Source of the DNA: Octopus sinensis | Lineage: Eukaryota | Assembly: GCF_006345805.1 (NCBI RefSeq) | Contig: NW_021832123.1 | Coordinates: 62,001-126,000, forward strand | DNA length: 64,000 bases | Direction: 5' to 3' | Part shown: piece after piece, positions 61,950 through 64,000 of the stretch | How the letters are laid out: every line of letters begins with the position of its first letter | Numbering within the stretch: the first letter of the stretch is position 1 | The notes under the pieces: model-generated | What the model was told of the DNA's origin: nothing | The model's input: only the letters and a program-made list of their open reading frames with translations | The model's database searches: none | Made by a program: the position numbers and the translations under genes

Positions 61950-62640
61950 TCTTCTAAAAAGAGGACTAACACCGTTCTTTGATGTGGTTTTGAGTAGTTC
62001 AGTCCATCTGAGATGAACTTAGTCAACTTCGTAAGATATGTAGAAGTTGAACGGCCTCTTCTGAATCCATTTTGAAAACTGGGTAATTCTAACGAAAGAG
62101 TAATTTTGTTGAGAATTAACTTTTCCAGTGTTCACGAGAGTTCAAAAAGAATTGATACAGGACGATAACTCCGTGGATCGTTCAGAGATTTGTCCTTTTT
62201 CGGTATCGGGTGTATGAATGATTTTTTTCATAATGACGGAATTTCATTTTTGTTTACCGAGTAATTGAAAACTTGGGTAAGGGCTTCGATTCCCACCGGC
62301 CCCAAGTGTTTTAATTCATCAATTGAAATATCGTCAGCACCTCTGATCTTGTATTTTTCATGTATTTAATTACATGAGGGTTTGAAATATTCATTGTATT
62401 GATATTTTTTCTTCTTGTGTTTCGGTTCATGTTCCATTTTCAAATACGGTTTGTGGGTTATGCTAACATAAAATTTCATTAGTGTGTCAGGAGTGACACT
62501 TGGTGTGTGGTGGCTGGGTATCTTTTTGAGTTTCCGTAAGGTTTTCCATAACGACGATGTTCTTGTGTTTCTGTTTATGTCCATTACAGTTGATTCTCAT
62601 TTTTCTCTGTTCATCTTAGTAATCCTGCTGGTTATTTCTT
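61950..62640 (-). mobile_element. LINE RT fragment (Jockey/I-like)
   Basis: SLNDPRSYRPVS..TLEKLIL..QNGFRRGRSTS.. on the minus strand, with frameshifts. Confidence 0.7.
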
Positions 62641-62804
62641 TATGTTCATTTTAGGGGTCTTTTCAGGACCGATCGCGTCATTTTGTGTTATTTAGACAAA
62701 TAAAAAAACAGATGAGCCAACTGCAAAATCACCACACACAAACTAGCCAAAAAACCATGAAATACACAATTAAATAACCAAAAATAAACAACAAAGCGAA
62801 AAAA

Positions 62805-64000
62805 TCACGACACTTCACTTTTCTTCATCACAACATATTTATATCGTGAATTCGGACAATATTTGGGACCCCTGGAAAACAGCCTTGCCAGTATCTTCTA
62901 ACAAACTAAAAGATCAATCCCAAACATGCCTGATTGAACAGTTGAACTTGCTGTCTGTTTCGAGAGTAGAACTCGGACCGAACCAACTCCTTCTTCCTTT
63001 CAACCACCTCAGGCAGTCTCTCGTAGATTCTCGCGTTCTGTTCTTTGATCTCAGCCTTCGACATCCGCCTCCGTTTTGGCAGGCTTAATCGACTATTCTG
63101 TTCAATTGATACATTTTGTGTTGTCGATTTGCTCGTTGTTTGGTCGTTTTTTACTTGTTTTTTGAATTGCTTGAGTATTTGCTGTCTCTGTTGGGAATTC
63201 CGGACAAATGAAGCTCGATGTAACTCGCAGGCTTCTTGGAGGGACATTTTAGAACATTCGACTCCATCAACGTGCGGAATTTCCCAACAAAATTGATTCA
63301 TTTCATCTTTTTGTGGTCGGAGATAAAAAATGCTAGAATTGCTACTGATTCGTCTTAGTTTCTCTGAACTACACGACTCATTTTCCGATATTTGATCCAT
63401 CAAATGTATTTCGAAATCTTTAAACATGCTGATTACTCTTAAGCCCCTCTCTATCAGCTCTGGTCGTCGTTTATTTGCATTTATCCACAGGTTCCACAAA
63501 CGAGAGGTTATCGGGGGGAATTCAAAGTCACTTTTTCTGCTATTTAGATTTTCTACTAAATTAATTTTATTAATATTATTAAAATAATTAAAAATGATTA
63601 AAAACCTTCATTATATAGGGAAGTAGTTGAATTTTTATACGAGTTGACTGAATTTTCCTCACTTAAATTTTCGTTGTTTTGGTTTTGTATATATTCTTGA
63701 AAATATATCACAGTATCGTCAGTTCTATTTAAATATTAATAAATTTAATAATATTTATAAATAAAATATTAGTTAATTACTTGTATGTCAGTCGTGAGTC
63801 ATGGGACTCATTTCTTCCCATAATAACCCCCTCCCCCGTCAATTCTTCCCTAATCCTCCAAATTAAATATTAAAAAATACATTCCATTAAAATATTGTTT
63901 ATCTGAGAAACACTCAACCACTTGTTCCACACGACATTGCTTGTTCTATACTATTATACATGTTAATACCTCACTCGGATAAGCAAAGTCATTAAAATCT
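62805..64000 (-). CDS. ALMS-motif centriolar protein (ALMS1/FATS/CEP295 family), 3' part
   Basis: SLQEACELHRASFVRNSQQR..RRRMSKAEIKEQNARIYERLPEV..RNRQQVQLFNQ matches the C-terminal ALMS motif; upstream exons continue towards the window edge. Confidence 0.8.

Noticed and set aside
1-64000. Prokaryotic features (CRISPR arrays, operons, defence systems), rRNA and tRNA
   Set aside because: The sequence is intron-containing eukaryotic DNA; I saw no repeat-spacer array, rRNA motif or tRNA cloverleaf.

Overview
Eukaryotic DNA from an ultra-compact animal genome. It is densely packed with conserved metazoan genes (SREBP, TOGARAM1, MRPS16, a UBASH3/Sts-type phosphatase, GALC, ALKBH7, RPL14, TKT, POLDIP3, NFAT5, a Rab, PRPF38B, CWC22, NOP53, a TARBP2/Loqs-like dsRBD protein, an ALMS-motif protein, three Ig-superfamily membrane proteins, a GPCR, an MFS transporter). 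The ORF track looks fragmented because the genes are split by many tiny spliceosomal introns, mostly 22-29 nt. Micro-introns together with cilium/centriole genes fit a dicyemid ('mesozoan') best; this is inference, orthonectids are an alternative, and non-ciliated myxozoans fit poorly. Intergenic DNA is very short and AT-rich. The window also holds many transposons: RTE-group LINEs with target-site duplications, a CRE-like and an R4-like non-LTR fragment, and a three-level nest (integrase element > LINE > hAT/Buster). Most interesting are the micro-intron architecture (branch-point A almost fixed at nt 16-17, degenerate 5' splice sites, GC-AG variants, stop-containing 3n introns) and an unannotated, apparently stand-alone box C/D sno/scaRNA at 8001-8146. 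I found no rRNA, tRNA or CRISPR array. Several single-base frameshifts at homopolymer runs are most likely assembly errors. All gene models were spliced by eye and family calls are from remembered motifs, not database searches.
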